A DNA stretch of 64,000 nt, taken from NCBI GenBank assembly GCA_964016885.1, contig OZ024741.1, positions 28,644,001-28,708,000 of the forward strand. The letters run 5' to 3'. Below are positions 1-12,600 of the stretch, one piece after another. Position 1 is the first letter of the stretch. Each line of letters starts with the position of its first letter. Origin of the DNA: Eledone cirrhosa (Eukaryota). The notes beneath the pieces were generated by a model. The model was not told the origin of the DNA. It searched no databases and worked only from the letters and a program-made list of their open reading frames with translations. The position numbers and the translations under genes are program-made.

Positions 1-3000
1 CAACCAAAGTATGGTGTCCAACACTCTACCGACACTGCCAACCCAAGCATGGTGTCCAACACTCTACCGTCATTGCCAACCAAAGTATGGTGTCCAACAC
101 TCTACCGACACTGCCAACCCAAGCATGGTGTCCAACACTCTACCGACACTGCCAACCAAAGTATGGTGTCCAACACTCTACCGACACTGCCAACCCAAGC
201 ATGGTGTCCAACACTCTACCGACACTGCCAACCAAAGTATGGTGTCCAACACTCTACCGACACTGCCAACCCAAGCATGGTGTCCAACACTCTACCGACA
301 CTGCCAACCAAAGTATGGTGTCCAACACTCTACCGACACTGCCAACCCAAGCATAGTGTCCAACACTCTACCGACACTGCCAACCCAAGCATGGTGTCCA
401 ACACTCTACCGACACTGCCAACCAAAGTATGGTGTCCAACACTCTACCGACACTGCCAACCCAAGCATAGTGTCCAACACTCTACCGACACTGCCGACCC
501 AAGCATGGTGTCCAACACTCCACCGACACTGCCAACCCAAGCATGGTGTCCAACACTCTACCGACACTGCCAACCCAAGCATGGTGTCCAACACTCTACC
601 GACACTGCCAACCAAAGTATGGTGTCCAACACTCTACCGACACTGCCAACCCAAGCATGGTGTCCAACACTCTACCGACACTGCCAACCAAAGTATGGTG
701 TCCAACACTCTACCGACACTGCCAACCCAAGCATGGTGTCCAACACTCTACCGACACTGCCAACCCAAGCATGGTGTTCAACACTCTACCGACACTGCCA
801 ACCCAAGTATGGTGTCCAACACTCTACCGACACTGCCAACCCAAGCATGGTGTCCAACACCCTACCGACACTGCCAACCCAAGCATGGTGTCCAACACCC
901 TACCGACACTGCCAACCCAAGCATGGTGTCCAACACTCTACCGACACTGCCAACCCAAGCATGTGGTCCAACACTCTACCGACACTGCCAACCCAAGTAT
1001 GGTGTCCAACACTCTACCGACACTGCCAACCCAAGCATGGTGTCCAACACTCTACCGACACTGCCAACCCAAGCATGGTGTCCAACACTCTACCGACACT
1101 GCCAACCCAAGCATGGTGTCCAAAACTCTACCGACACAGCCAACCCAAGCATAGTGTCCAACACTCTACCGACACTGCCAACCCAAGCATGGTGTCCAGC
1201 ACTCTACCGACAATGCCAACCCAAGCATGATGTCCAACACTCTACCGACACTGCCAACCCAAACATGGTGTCCAACAGTCTACCGACACTGCCAACCCAA
1301 GCATGGTGTCCAACACTCTAACGACACTGCCAACCCAAGCATGTGGTCCAACACTCTACCCACACTGCCAACCCAAGCATGGTGTCCAACACTCTACCGA
1401 CACTGCCAACCCAAGCATGGTGTCCAACACTCTACCGACACAGCCAACCCAAGCATGGTGTCCAACACTCTACCGACACTGCCAACCCAAGCATGGTGTC
1501 CAACACTCTACCGACACTGCCAACCCAAGCATGGTGTCCAACACTCTACCGACACTGCCAACCCAAGCATGGTGTCCAACACTCTACCGACACTGCCAAC
1601 CCAAGCATGTGGTCCAACACTCTACCGACACTGCCAACCCAAGCATGGTGTCCAACACTCTACTGACACTGCCAACCCAAGCATGGTGTCCAACACTCTA
1701 CCGACACTGCCAACCCAAGTATAGTGTCCAACACTCTACCGACACTGCCAACCCAAGCATGGTGTCCAACACTCTACCGACACTGCCAACCCAAGCATGT
1801 GGTCCAACACTCTACCGACACTGCCAACCCAAGTATAGTGTCCAACACTCTACCGACACTGCCAACCCAATCATGGTGTCCAACACTCTACCGACACTGC
1901 CAACCCAAGTATAGTGTCCAACACTCTACCGACACTGCCAACCCAAGCATGGTGTCCAACACTCTACCGACACTAACAACCCAAGTATAGTGTCCAACAC
2001 TCTACCGACACTGCCAACCCAAGCATGGTGTCCAACACTCTACCGACACTGCCAACCAAAGTATGGTGTCCAACACTCTACCGACACTGCCAACCCAAGC
2101 ATGGTGTCCAACACTCTACCGACACTGCCAACCAAAGTATGGTGTCCAACACTCTACCGACACTGCCAACCCAAGCATGGTGTCCAACACTCTACCGACA
2201 TTGCCAACCAAAGTATGGTGTCCAACACTCTACCGACACTGCCAACCCAAGCATGGTGTCCAACACTCTACCGACACTGCCAACCAAAGTATGGTGTCCA
2301 ACACTCTACCGACACTGCCAACCCAAGCATGGTGTCCAACACTCTACCGACACTGCCAACCAAAGTATGGTGTCCAACACTCTACCGACACTCCCAACCC
2401 AAGCATGGTGTCCAACACTCTACCGACACTGCCAACCAAAGTATGGTGTCCAACACTCTACCGACACTGCCAACCCAAGCATAGTGTCCAACACTCTACC
2501 GACACTGCCAACCCATGCATGGTGTCCAACACTCTACCGACACTGCCAACCAAAGTATGGTCTCCAACACTCTACCGACACTGCCAACCCAAGCATAGTG
2601 TCCAACACTCTACCGACACTGCCAACCCAAGCATGGTGTCCAACACTCCACCGACACTGCCAACCCAAGCATGGTGTCCAACACTCTACCGACACTGCCA
2701 ACCCAAGCATGGTGTCCAACACTCTACCGACACTGCCAACCAAAGTATGGTGTCCAACACTCTACCGACACTGCCAACCCAAGCATGGTGTCCAACACTC
2801 TACCGACACTGCCAACCAAAGTATGGTGTCCAACACTCTACCGACACTGCCAACCCAAGCATGGTGTCCAACACTCTACCGACACTGCCAACCAAAGTAT
2901 GGTGTCCAACACTCTACCGACACTGCCAACCCAAGCATGGTGTCCAACACTCTACCGACACTGCCAACCAAAGTATGGTGTCCAACACTCTACCGACACT

Positions 3001-3428
3001 GCCAACCCAAGCATGGTGTCCAACACTCTACCGACACTGCCAACCAAAGTATGGTGTCCAACACTCTACCGACACTGCCAACCCAAGCATGGTGTCCAAC
3101 ACTCTACCGACACTGCCAACCAAAGTATGGTCTCCAACACTCTACGGACACTGCCAACCCAAGCATAGTGTCCAACACTCTACCGACACTGCCAACCCAA
3201 GCATGGTGTCCAACACTCTACCGACACTGCCAACCCAAGCATGGTGTCCAACACTCTACCGACACTGCCAACCCAAGCATAGTGTCCAACACTCTACCGA
3301 CACTGCCAACCCAAGCATGGTGTCCAACACTCTACCGACACTGCCAACCCAAGCATGGTGTCCAACACTCTACCGACACTGCCAACCCAAGCATGGTGTC
3401 CAACACTCTACCGACACTGCCAACCCAA
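1..3428. repeat. 38-bp tandem satellite, about 90 copies, unit CAACCCAAGCATGGTGTCCAACACTCTACCGACACTGC; runs off the window start
   Basis: Period 38 read directly; variants CCCAAGC/CCAAAGT; no unique spacers. Confidence 0.98.
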
Positions 3429-3448
3429 CACCCTAAACAACCACAATA

Positions 3449-3639
3449 ATAATTGGTTCCACGTTTGGCACAAGGCTGCTATTATCCCAGTGTATTAGTG
3501 GTACTTTATTTTATCGACCCCGTATGGATGAAAGGCAAAGTTAACCTCGGTAGGATTTGAACTCAGAATGGTAAGGGCCGTAACTCTATACGTCAAAGCA
3601 TGGCGTCCGACCCTCTACCGACATTGCCAATCCACCGCC
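3449..3639 (-). mobile_element. tRNA-derived SINE with Deu/Nin-like central domain, full length
   Basis: Minus strand: A-box-like TGGCAATGTCGGT, B box GAGTTCAAATCC, core GAGGTTAACTTTGCCTTTCATCCATACGGGGTCGATAAAATAAAGTACC; 14-bp TSD AAACAACCACAATA (3435-3448 / 3640-3653). Confidence 0.9.
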
Positions 3640-4153
3640 AAACAACCACAATACTAATAATGACATTTTCTGTCGTTAAATGTTTTCCTTATTGTCACCC
3701 CCCTCTCTTCTTGTTTGAACCCCTATTATTTGGGACCCGAGCGTAATCAATTTTTCCAGTAAATTTTATGACTTCAAGGCAATTTTGAAATTAGGCGTCC
3801 CATTCAGAAAGAGAAAAGGGCTGCAGTTTGACCATGATTATTCTAGTCACAATAATCTGGCTCACACTTGTCCAAAATAACACGACCAAGGCACACTGTG
3901 CACATATGATTATGCTTGGAATGAATATCTATCTGTTTTGATGTATATCTCAATATCTTTGGTAGAATGTGTTGGATAGAAGAACTAGAGGATTGTGGAC
4001 AAATCAGCTGCTTAAGCGTTCTATTCATTAATAGGAATGCATTTAAATAAATGAAAGAACATTATCGAGACAAAGAGAGAATCCATTGCCACATAGAACA
4101 ACCTGTTGTCTCTTAACTATTTCCCACAAAATAATCTGAAACATTTTGAGTTA

Positions 4154-4547
4154 CCATTTATACTCGAATATAAGCAGTGATATGTAACCAATATGAAGGC
4201 GTGTGGCTGAGTGGTTAGAGAATTGAATTCGCAACCGTAAGATTGTGAGTTCGATTCCAGGACCGGGTGATGCGTTGTGTCCTTGGGCAAGACACTTTGT
4301 TTCACGTTGCTCCTTCTACCTGAAGTTGCGACCGATAGGGATTATTAGCAATATGAAAAACCAACGGAAACGTTATTTCCTCGGTCCGATTTGACGAAAG
4401 TTGATTGACTGTCGATATGTGACCAAAAACCGACGGTAAAATGGGAGGCTGTCTTATAAACAATATACTGATTAGCTACCTCGGTTTATAAGTAAGGTTT
4501 GGATTTTTGCCTATTTCTCAGATCGACTTATATTCGAGTATATACAG
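4154..4547. mobile_element. Tc1/mariner (Tc2/pogo-like) MITE interrupted by a SINE
   Basis: Imperfect TIRs CCATTTATACTCGAATATAAG ... CTTATATTCGAGTATATACAG flanked by TA on both sides. Confidence 0.65.
4198..4313 (+). mobile_element. tRNA-derived CORE-like SINE, 5' part
   Basis: A box TGGCTGAGTGG, B box GAGTTCGATTCC, then TGTGTCCTTGGGCAAGACACTT resembling the CORE domain. Confidence 0.75.
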
Positions 4548-4661
4548 TAAGTGTACTGTCTTCAGTAACGAAACATTGGATGTTTCAGAATACAAACCTT
4601 GGTTTTAGACATTCATATATAATATAGAATTATTAATTGATGTTATAGTAAAAACAATTAC

Positions 4662-4851
4662 GAGCGGTGGATTGGCAGTATCGGTAGAGGGGTCGGACGC
4701 CATGCTTTGCAGCAAAGAGTTACGGCTCTTTATGGTCTGAGTTCAAAATCCGCCGAGGTTAACTTTGCCTTTCATCCTTACGGGGTCGATAAAATAAAGT
4801 ATCAGTAATACACTGGGATAATTGCTGGCCTTGTGCCAAAAGTAGAAACAA
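4662..4851 (+). mobile_element. SINE, same family as 3449-3639
   Basis: Same head, core and tail; TSD TTATAGTAAAAACAATT (4643-4659 / 4852-4868). Confidence 0.9.
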
Positions 4852-5280
4852 TTATAGTAAAAACAATTTAATAGAAAAAGAAAAATTTAGATTGAGAAGA
4901 AAGAATGGAATGTAAAATAAGAAAATATAAAAAAACGGAAAAGGGAGGGAAAGGCAAGGGCTCTAGTATCACGGAAGAATGGGGAGGGGTAATGGGGAGG
5001 TTGATTGGGCTCTGGGCATAGGGCGCAACGGTAATGGGGCTGCACCCCGCGGACAAGACCGTAACTGTATTCCCGCGGACAGACTATCTGTGTAATGTTT
5101 TGCAAAGAGTATTAGAAGATATTATGTCTTATGTACTGAGAATACTTTATCGCTGGAATTTAAATATTTATTTCAGTGTCTTCAAATGTTTGACAAAGTA
5201 TTCTATTCTAAAACAAAGAAGGAAGATCATTCTTGTTATTCCTCTTCCTAAATTACCCAGTATTTACTCTATATATAACA

Positions 5281-5350
5281 TCGAGGTCAACTTTACCTTT
5301 CATCCATTTAAGGTCGATAAAAAAGTACCAGTCTAGTACTGGGGTCGATT
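5281..5350 (+). mobile_element. SINE core fragment
   Basis: GAGGTCAACTTTACCTTTCATCCATTTAAGGTCGATAAAAAAGTACCAGT matches the SINE core. Confidence 0.65.
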
Positions 5351-6084
5351 CTTCCTCTATATCTCTTTCTCATTTCCTTTCTCTTACTCTATCCTTCTCT
5401 GGAAGTAATCTACTGTACTCAGACCTGGAGAGGAGATTGGCTCCGCCAGGTTTAAAATTGCCCTAGAAAAGCCGTATGTCAATATGGCACCATTACAACT
5501 CCCCCATGAGTTACCGGTCCATACATGTTTATATAACACATCCGTTATAGTGATATTTGTATAAACTAGCAATACTCGTGGAATTTTCACGGTTGTTTTG
5601 AAAACTAGATGATTGTTGGATGTTTACAGAGAACCATGAAATATATTTCTTTGAAATTGTATTTTTTCTGAAGCGTTTGATTGTTGAGATGGTGTAAAGT
5701 CCACTTAAGTAGTAGTGAATGTACGGTCTTTGACTATCTATGAAAAACTCTCTTCTTCGTTATTCACTTGTCACCTCTTCTAGCTTGAGAGCTGTTATGT
5801 TATCTATTATTTCTATCTTTACGTCAAGAAGTAAACAACTGTTACAATGGAACAAAATGGAAGACAAAATATAATTATAATATCGCCCTCTACCCTTCTC
5901 CCTCTCTTTCTTCCATTGCCTAATAGTCCTTGCTATTTCTCTTCACATTTTTGCCATTTATAGTCCTTTCCTTTACTTTTCTATACAGCCAGATCTACCC
6001 TTCTTTACCTTTTCCCCCTTGTTTTTTCATTAATTTTGTTTGTTATCTTTTTTAAATATTTTTAATACTTTTAATACTTCCATC

Positions 6085-6240
6085 ATAATATGTTTATGTA
6101 AAACAGATAACAAAATATTTCCATTGTTGTATAAATTCTGTCTGTAAAATATAGTCGGCATAATAAGTTTATATATAACAGATAACAAAATATTTCCATC
6201 ATTGCATAACTTCTGTTTGTAAAATATAGTTGTCATAATA
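6085..6240. repeat. About 75-bp tandem duplication (about 2 units)
   Basis: ACAGATAACAAAATATTTCCAT...TGTAAAATATAGT occurs twice. Confidence 0.7.
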
Positions 6241-7419
6241 GGTGATTAAATTGAAAAAATCGTAGTAGTTAAAAACAATTATATTATTCTACTGCGGTAC
6301 AATTACCCCAGTAAATCTTGAACAAATATTAATATGCTTTACTATATCTTTATTTCGGGTGAGGAGCGACACGTTTTGCCCGTTCCGAGTTCGTGAGTAG
6401 ATCGAGGCCGTGAACGTCCCCGAGACCGCCAGTCGTTCGCTCTACCGGACGGAAGGAATTGAGTGTAGTTTGTTTCTGCTGCTGGTGCTAGTTATCCTGA
6501 GAAAAGAGCAGATGGTGCAATTTAGACCAGCAATCCCAGTAAACGAAATACAAAAACTGCTTTCGGCTATGGATTCTAACACACACACACACACACACAC
6601 ACGAACCCCCCCCCCCACACGAACCCCCTCCCCCCACACACATATGTATAACAAACATTTAATATGAAATATCAATCTATCAATCAGTTGCCTAAGGAAT
6701 AATATAAATCTCTTTCCACAGTTAACATGTTCTCTACATAGACCGTATCACAATCATATTCGGCGTCTTTCTGTAGTAATAGCAATAAATTCTACCTGTG
6801 AAAGCAACGTATATTTGATATTTTGAATACAAATAAATCCCAACACTCTATTAATTCAAATACTATTGTAATTCCATAAACTCTATCAAAAGAAGTTGGC
6901 AGTGTAATTTATTGGTGTACATTATAGCAGTAGGTGTTTTTGTTCCGTGGCACTTATTTAGAGCTAGGTGAACTGGTAATTTCAGAGTTAAGAACTATAC
7001 CAATACGAACTGCCGATCATTCTAGTATTAACTTTTGCTTAATTAAATACATAACCTTACATACTTATCTTGTAATAGGAATGTAATATATCGTATTTAT
7101 GACATTTTATATAATAAAAAAAAAAAAAGAAGTGTCTGCCATTGCATTGATTCTCGCAGCTCGTAATTTCATCAGATCTTTCAATAATTGATATTTACGT
7201 AATCTATTTGCTTATATATATATATGTGTAATCTTTCTCTTATTGCAATATACAGCAATATTGATATCTCCATATTATTTCCATGCTTTCAACAAATGTA
7301 ATCTCTTCTACAACAATGGTGGATTGCTACCAGTATATGGGAGAGCGGCTCAGAGAGGCTTTGTTCACAATGCCATGGAATTTTCATAGAAAAATACGAT
7401 TTACCGTTGCCTTCCTTCA

Positions 7420-7718
7420 GGTTAGGGTTAGGGCTAGGGCAAGGGTTAGGGTTAGGGATAGGGCTATAGCTAGGGCAATCGTTAGGGTTAAGGCTAGGGT
7501 AAGGGTTAGGGTTAGGGTTAGGTTTAGGGCTAGGGTTAAGGTTAGGGTCAGGGTTAGGGCTAGGGAAATCGTTAGGGTTAGGGCTAGGGTAAGGGTTAGG
7601 GTTAAGGTTAGGGTTAGGGCAAGAGTTAGTGTTAGGGCTAGGGCTGGGGTTAAGGTTAGGGTTAGGTATTGGGTTGGAGTTTTGATTAGGCATTGGGTTA
7701 GGTTTAAGTTTAAGGTTA
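7420..7718 (+). repeat. Degenerate interstitial telomere-like (TTAGGG)n tract
   Basis: About 50 hexamers of TTAGGG with CTAGGG, TTAAGG and TAAGGG variants. Confidence 0.9.
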
Positions 7719-7744
7719 ATACAACTAACAAGATACAAGGTAAT

Positions 7745-8387
7745 CTCTGAACCATCCAGCGCATGCATTTGTTTACTTGACGTTGCATGCAGTTTGTTTT
7801 GCCAGCGTCCAAGAAGAGTCGAAGGAACTGTGCTGCAGCCTCCACTCTATGCAGCACTTCCTCAACTTTGCAGTTGTTTTCCAGGAGAGTTATGTCATAT
7901 GTGTAAGTTATTTCAAGTAGAACCGAACTTCTATAAGATGTCGGATGCTTTGTCGACGATTTAGCACTACAATTATTTTCAACACGCTGAGACGTGTGTG
8001 TATATGTGTGTGCGTGTGTGTATGTGTATATGTATAGGTTTATATGTATGACTATATAAATATAAACGTGCAAACACAGACACACTTACAGAAATACTCA
8101 CTGACAGACATACATTCACGCAAATACACACATATATTCATACAAACACACACACACATCCATTTACACAAACACACGCATACACATACACCCACACACA
8201 CATACACCCCCACACACATACACATACACCGACACACACATACAATACACCCACACACACATACATATACACACATACACATGCACATACACACACACAC
8301 ACACACATACACACATACACGCGCACACAGCGTAGCAAATGGAACGCCAACCACCGTTTTGCTATAGTTCTTTCACCATCCTCTTCC

Positions 8388-8483
<96 letters not shown>

Positions 8484-8702
8484 TGTGTGACGGATAAGAG
8501 TCGGTCACATTTTCATATAGATTATTCCGTGTGATGGTGCAATGACATTACGCAGTGCATCATCAAGGCATATCACAAACGGGACAGGGGCCAGAAGATC
8601 TCCCTGGAGGATTCCTGTATCAATGGAAAGTAAATCTGAGATTCCCTCGGATGTCACCACAAGTGCTGAAAAATTCCCATACATGAGTTTAATTGCATTC
8701 AC
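7745..8702 (-). pseudogene. Decayed RTE-clade LINE RT fragment split by a (CA)n-rich tract
   Basis: 8505-8702: AIKLMY..SALVVTSEG..TGILQGDLLAPVPFVICLDDALR (QG motif). 7745-7990: YTYDITLLENN..EEVLHRVEAAAQFLRLFLDAGKT (eroded YADD region). Confidence 0.75.
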
Positions 8703-8759
8703 GATCTGATGGGTATTCCATAAAGATATATATCTGTCTGTCTGTCTCTCTGCCTCCCC

Positions 8760-8843
<84 letters not shown>

Positions 8844-8855
8844 TCTCTCTCTCTC

Positions 8856-8905
<50 letters not shown>

Positions 8906-8942
8906 TGTATAGATATATATATGTATATATATATATGTATAT

Positions 8943-9071
<129 letters not shown>

Positions 9072-9767
9072 TGAAAAAGTGGTCAAGAAGGCATTAACCA
9101 CCTAAGCCAAAAAAACAAGTCAAGCTAAACAGGTCAAACAAAATAAATGATAAAATCATATATATATATATATATACATATACACATATATAACCGACCT
9201 GGACCCATTGGAATTGATGGTAAAATGTATGACACCTAAATCAATAATACTGTCTGCTTAAAACTATAAGCTTTTGGTATAATGATCGAACAAGGAATAT
9301 CCCGTTATCAACAGGTATTTTGTTCTGCGCCAACTTTATAAATGACGTAGAGCTTTGTAAAAGCACATGCGAAACTCACAAGGGGAAAACCCCAGATTTT
9401 GGCAAATGAATTCAGTATGTGTAAATCATACAAAAAAATTGCATAAATAGCACAAATCGAATAAGCACTCAATCGGGTAGTTTTTAAAAGAAACTTATGC
9501 AATTAATCTGTCAATAGAATTATTAACAGGTTAATTGTAAGACTCGGGAGATTAATACAAATATAAATTCAGCGATAATTGCATTTCGGCAGGTAGAAAA
9601 AGCGAAACGAAACGCAAAATCAGAGTTATGCTGGCAAGCGCTCTATAGTAAAAAAAAAAACAGAGCTAAACATATGTGTTAAAACACCATACAAACTGAA
9701 AAAGTGGTAAAAGAACAAGCCCAAAAAACAAGTCAAGCTAAACAGGTCAAACAAAATAAATGATAAA

Positions 9768-9855
<88 letters not shown>

Positions 9856-9871
9856 CACATATATAACCGAC

Positions 9872-9873
<2 letters not shown>
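9072..9873 (-). mobile_element. Decayed PLE fragment flanked by direct repeats
   Basis: GAAAAAGTGGT..CAAGTCAAGCTAAACAGGTCAAACAAAATAAATGATAAAATC-(TA)n-ACCGACCT at about 9072-9200 and 9698-9873; inner minus frame AYSICAIYAIFLYDLHILNSFAKIWGFP resembles the PLE thumb motif (RAxxICS..F..EL..NGYP). Confidence 0.5.
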
Positions 9874-9924
<51 letters not shown>

Positions 9925-10306
9925 GATATTAAATAAATGGAAATTATATTTATAAAACCATATTTATTTCATTATATATATTTCAGGGATATCATATTAA
10001 AAATATGTTATGCCTTCTTCAGACAAAATACAATATAAACAGTCTTATAAATAGATAGATTCGACATACCTTTCAACTTCGACTTGCATTTGAAAAGTTG
10101 ATTTGGTAGTGAAAAATATTATGGACAGTTATAAAAAGAAAGAAAGAAAGAAAGAAAGAAAAACGAAGAAAAAGAAGAAATGCATGCAACTAAATAGAGA
10201 GAGATAGATAAAGAGAGATAGATAGAGAGAAGAAATTCATGTAAAAAAACAGAGAGAGATATATAGAGAGAGGAAAAAACACAGAGGGAGATAGATAGAG
10301 AGAGAC

Positions 10307-10340
<34 letters not shown>

Positions 10341-11686
10341 AAATATAGAGAGATAGATATAGATAGAGATAGAGAGAAAGAAAATAGGTAGTTGGGCACC
10401 AGTTGAATGACGTATCAATGATATATTTATTTATTTATTTATTTATTTATTTAGCTCTAGTATTAATGTAGAGAGAGATATATGTGGTTAGGAGAGAAAA
10501 CAGCCGTTACATAGAGAGAAAAAAAAAATATCCAGACATAAACGAGGCAGATTTAAAACATTATGTTTCATCAATGTAAAAATATCAATTCGTATAAATC
10601 AGGCATTATAATGTAAATATCAGTATTCATGAATGAGACACGTATCAATAATGTGTGAAAAATAATGATCATATGTCTAGTTTAAAATTCCTAGGTTTAT
10701 ATCAGAGTTGAGATAAAATAGAAGGTTATACCAGATTCGATACTATAGACATCCATGTGAATTTACGTGATCAGCTCTGCAAATTCCTATTTCACACGAA
10801 AACATTCTCATTGTGCTATAAAAATTCTAGTATACATATATGTGTACATACACACAAATATATATGGAGTCTACATTAATTTTAACAATACTATTCTTGT
10901 CTTTACTCTACATGATTATCGTTCAAGCATAAATAGAGAACAGATATCAATATATCAATAAAAATATCAGAAACAAAAAAATAAACAAAAAACAAAAAAA
11001 TATAAAAAATAAAAAATATTAAAAATATTAAAAATAAAAATAAAACATAGTATGCCCCGCAAATCAACCACAGAGATCAACCCTTCAAAGTTAATTGACA
11101 ATATATTGCCAAGTTCTTTATAAGCATCAGAATCAAAAGCAAACAAAACCAAAAATTATTTACCAAATCCTGTCTAGCAGAAAACATTCCAAAAGTTTAG
11201 GATACCCATTTGATCTACAGATGTTCTTATATTTAATATAGAAGTTTATCTAGTGTAAAATTTATTCGATATATTTGGAGCATCAGCTTTTAGGGTAGTT
11301 TAATTATTCATGAAGAATGTTTAAAATAAAAAAGAAATCGAAAGATTTATCGGCGAGTTTCATAAATAATTATAAATCAAACTAAATATACTACATTTTA
11401 AATTTATATTTATATTTAAAAGTTGAGTTCAATCTATGTCTGCAGCAACTGAATAAATTTGTCCGTAAATTAAGGGAATTTTTAGATTTTAGTATAAAGA
11501 ATATCTCCTCCGCGCAGAGGTCACATGTCTCAGAGGATGAATTAAAAGGAATCCCTCTTGAGACTATATTCCAAGCCGTTTATTCCATTTATTTAATATC
11601 GTAAATATACTCCAAATACTTGTTGAGTGCTTTTATATCAGTTATAAATATTTACTCGTTGTAACCCAACAATTTAAATAAAACTT

Positions 11687-11748
<62 letters not shown>

Positions 11749-11861
11749 ACGGAAAAAAAAATATATATATACAACAGCAAAAAGAATAGGTAAATATTTA
11801 AATTATATTTTTTTGTATTTATTTGAAAGATTGTTTGAATTTTACTTGCTCCTCTTATCTC

Positions 11862-11949
<88 letters not shown>

Positions 11950-12124
11950 AATACAATATCGGAGAAAGCTTTTTAGCGATACTCCGGCCAAATTCCAACT
12001 CACTCAACAAACATTAGGAGATAAGTGATTATATTCCCAATTATGCGTTCGGGGTGCTAACTAAAAGTATTGCGTGGAAAATTGGCTGTATTATTTCATA
12101 TGAGACATATCTAATATATCTCTT

Positions 12125-12251
12125 CCCAGACGGACGTCTCGTTTCATTATAGGATTCCTACAATTTGGGTGAAATTATACCAATTTATGTAGGAGCTTGT
12201 ATACCATCAATAGATATATATTCAAGTGGGCTCCTATAATTCATCAGTGGG
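12125..12251 (-). ncRNA. Type I hammerhead ribozyme with large stem II insertion
   Basis: CCCA-CUGAUGA-AUUAUAGGA...UCCUAUAAU-GAAA-CGAGACGUCCG-UC-UGGG. Confidence 0.75.
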
Positions 12252-12533
12252 TGCCCCAATAATACTAATATTGATAATCTAACCAAATCAGTATTTAGCG
12301 ATAATCATCATCCTCTGTGCCTGAGGTATCTGTCAGTTTGCCAGTTCAGCAGTTTTAAAGAAGTGCTCAAACTGATTCAAAAATGAGGAAGTAAATTACC
12401 GCCAAAAAAACAATACATGCGCATGACAATGAATTCTGAAATGAATTTAGGCCACGTGCTAAGAACTCAATTGTAAATTGAAAAAATATCTATGTGTGTA
12501 CAACATTTGATGACACACACAGATATTTTCTCG

Positions 12534-12594
<61 letters not shown>

Positions 12595-12600
<6 letters not shown>

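Noticed and set aside
1-3428. CRISPR array (also considered for 60217-60655)
   Set aside because: No unique spacers, no cas genes, eukaryotic context.
1-3449. Long ORFs in all three plus frames (MVSNTLPTLPTQAWC...)
   Set aside because: Consequence of a stop-free 38-bp unit; the unit derives from a SINE head.
4198-4270. tRNA gene (also the other SINE heads)
   Set aside because: A and B boxes run directly into SINE bodies; no complete cloverleaf.
6350-6520. CpG-rich patch as a promoter or first exon
   Set aside because: No recognisable gene, splice pattern or element terminus supports a call.
7283-7768. VR- and PN-repeat ORFs
   Set aside because: Translation of TTAGGG-like repeats.
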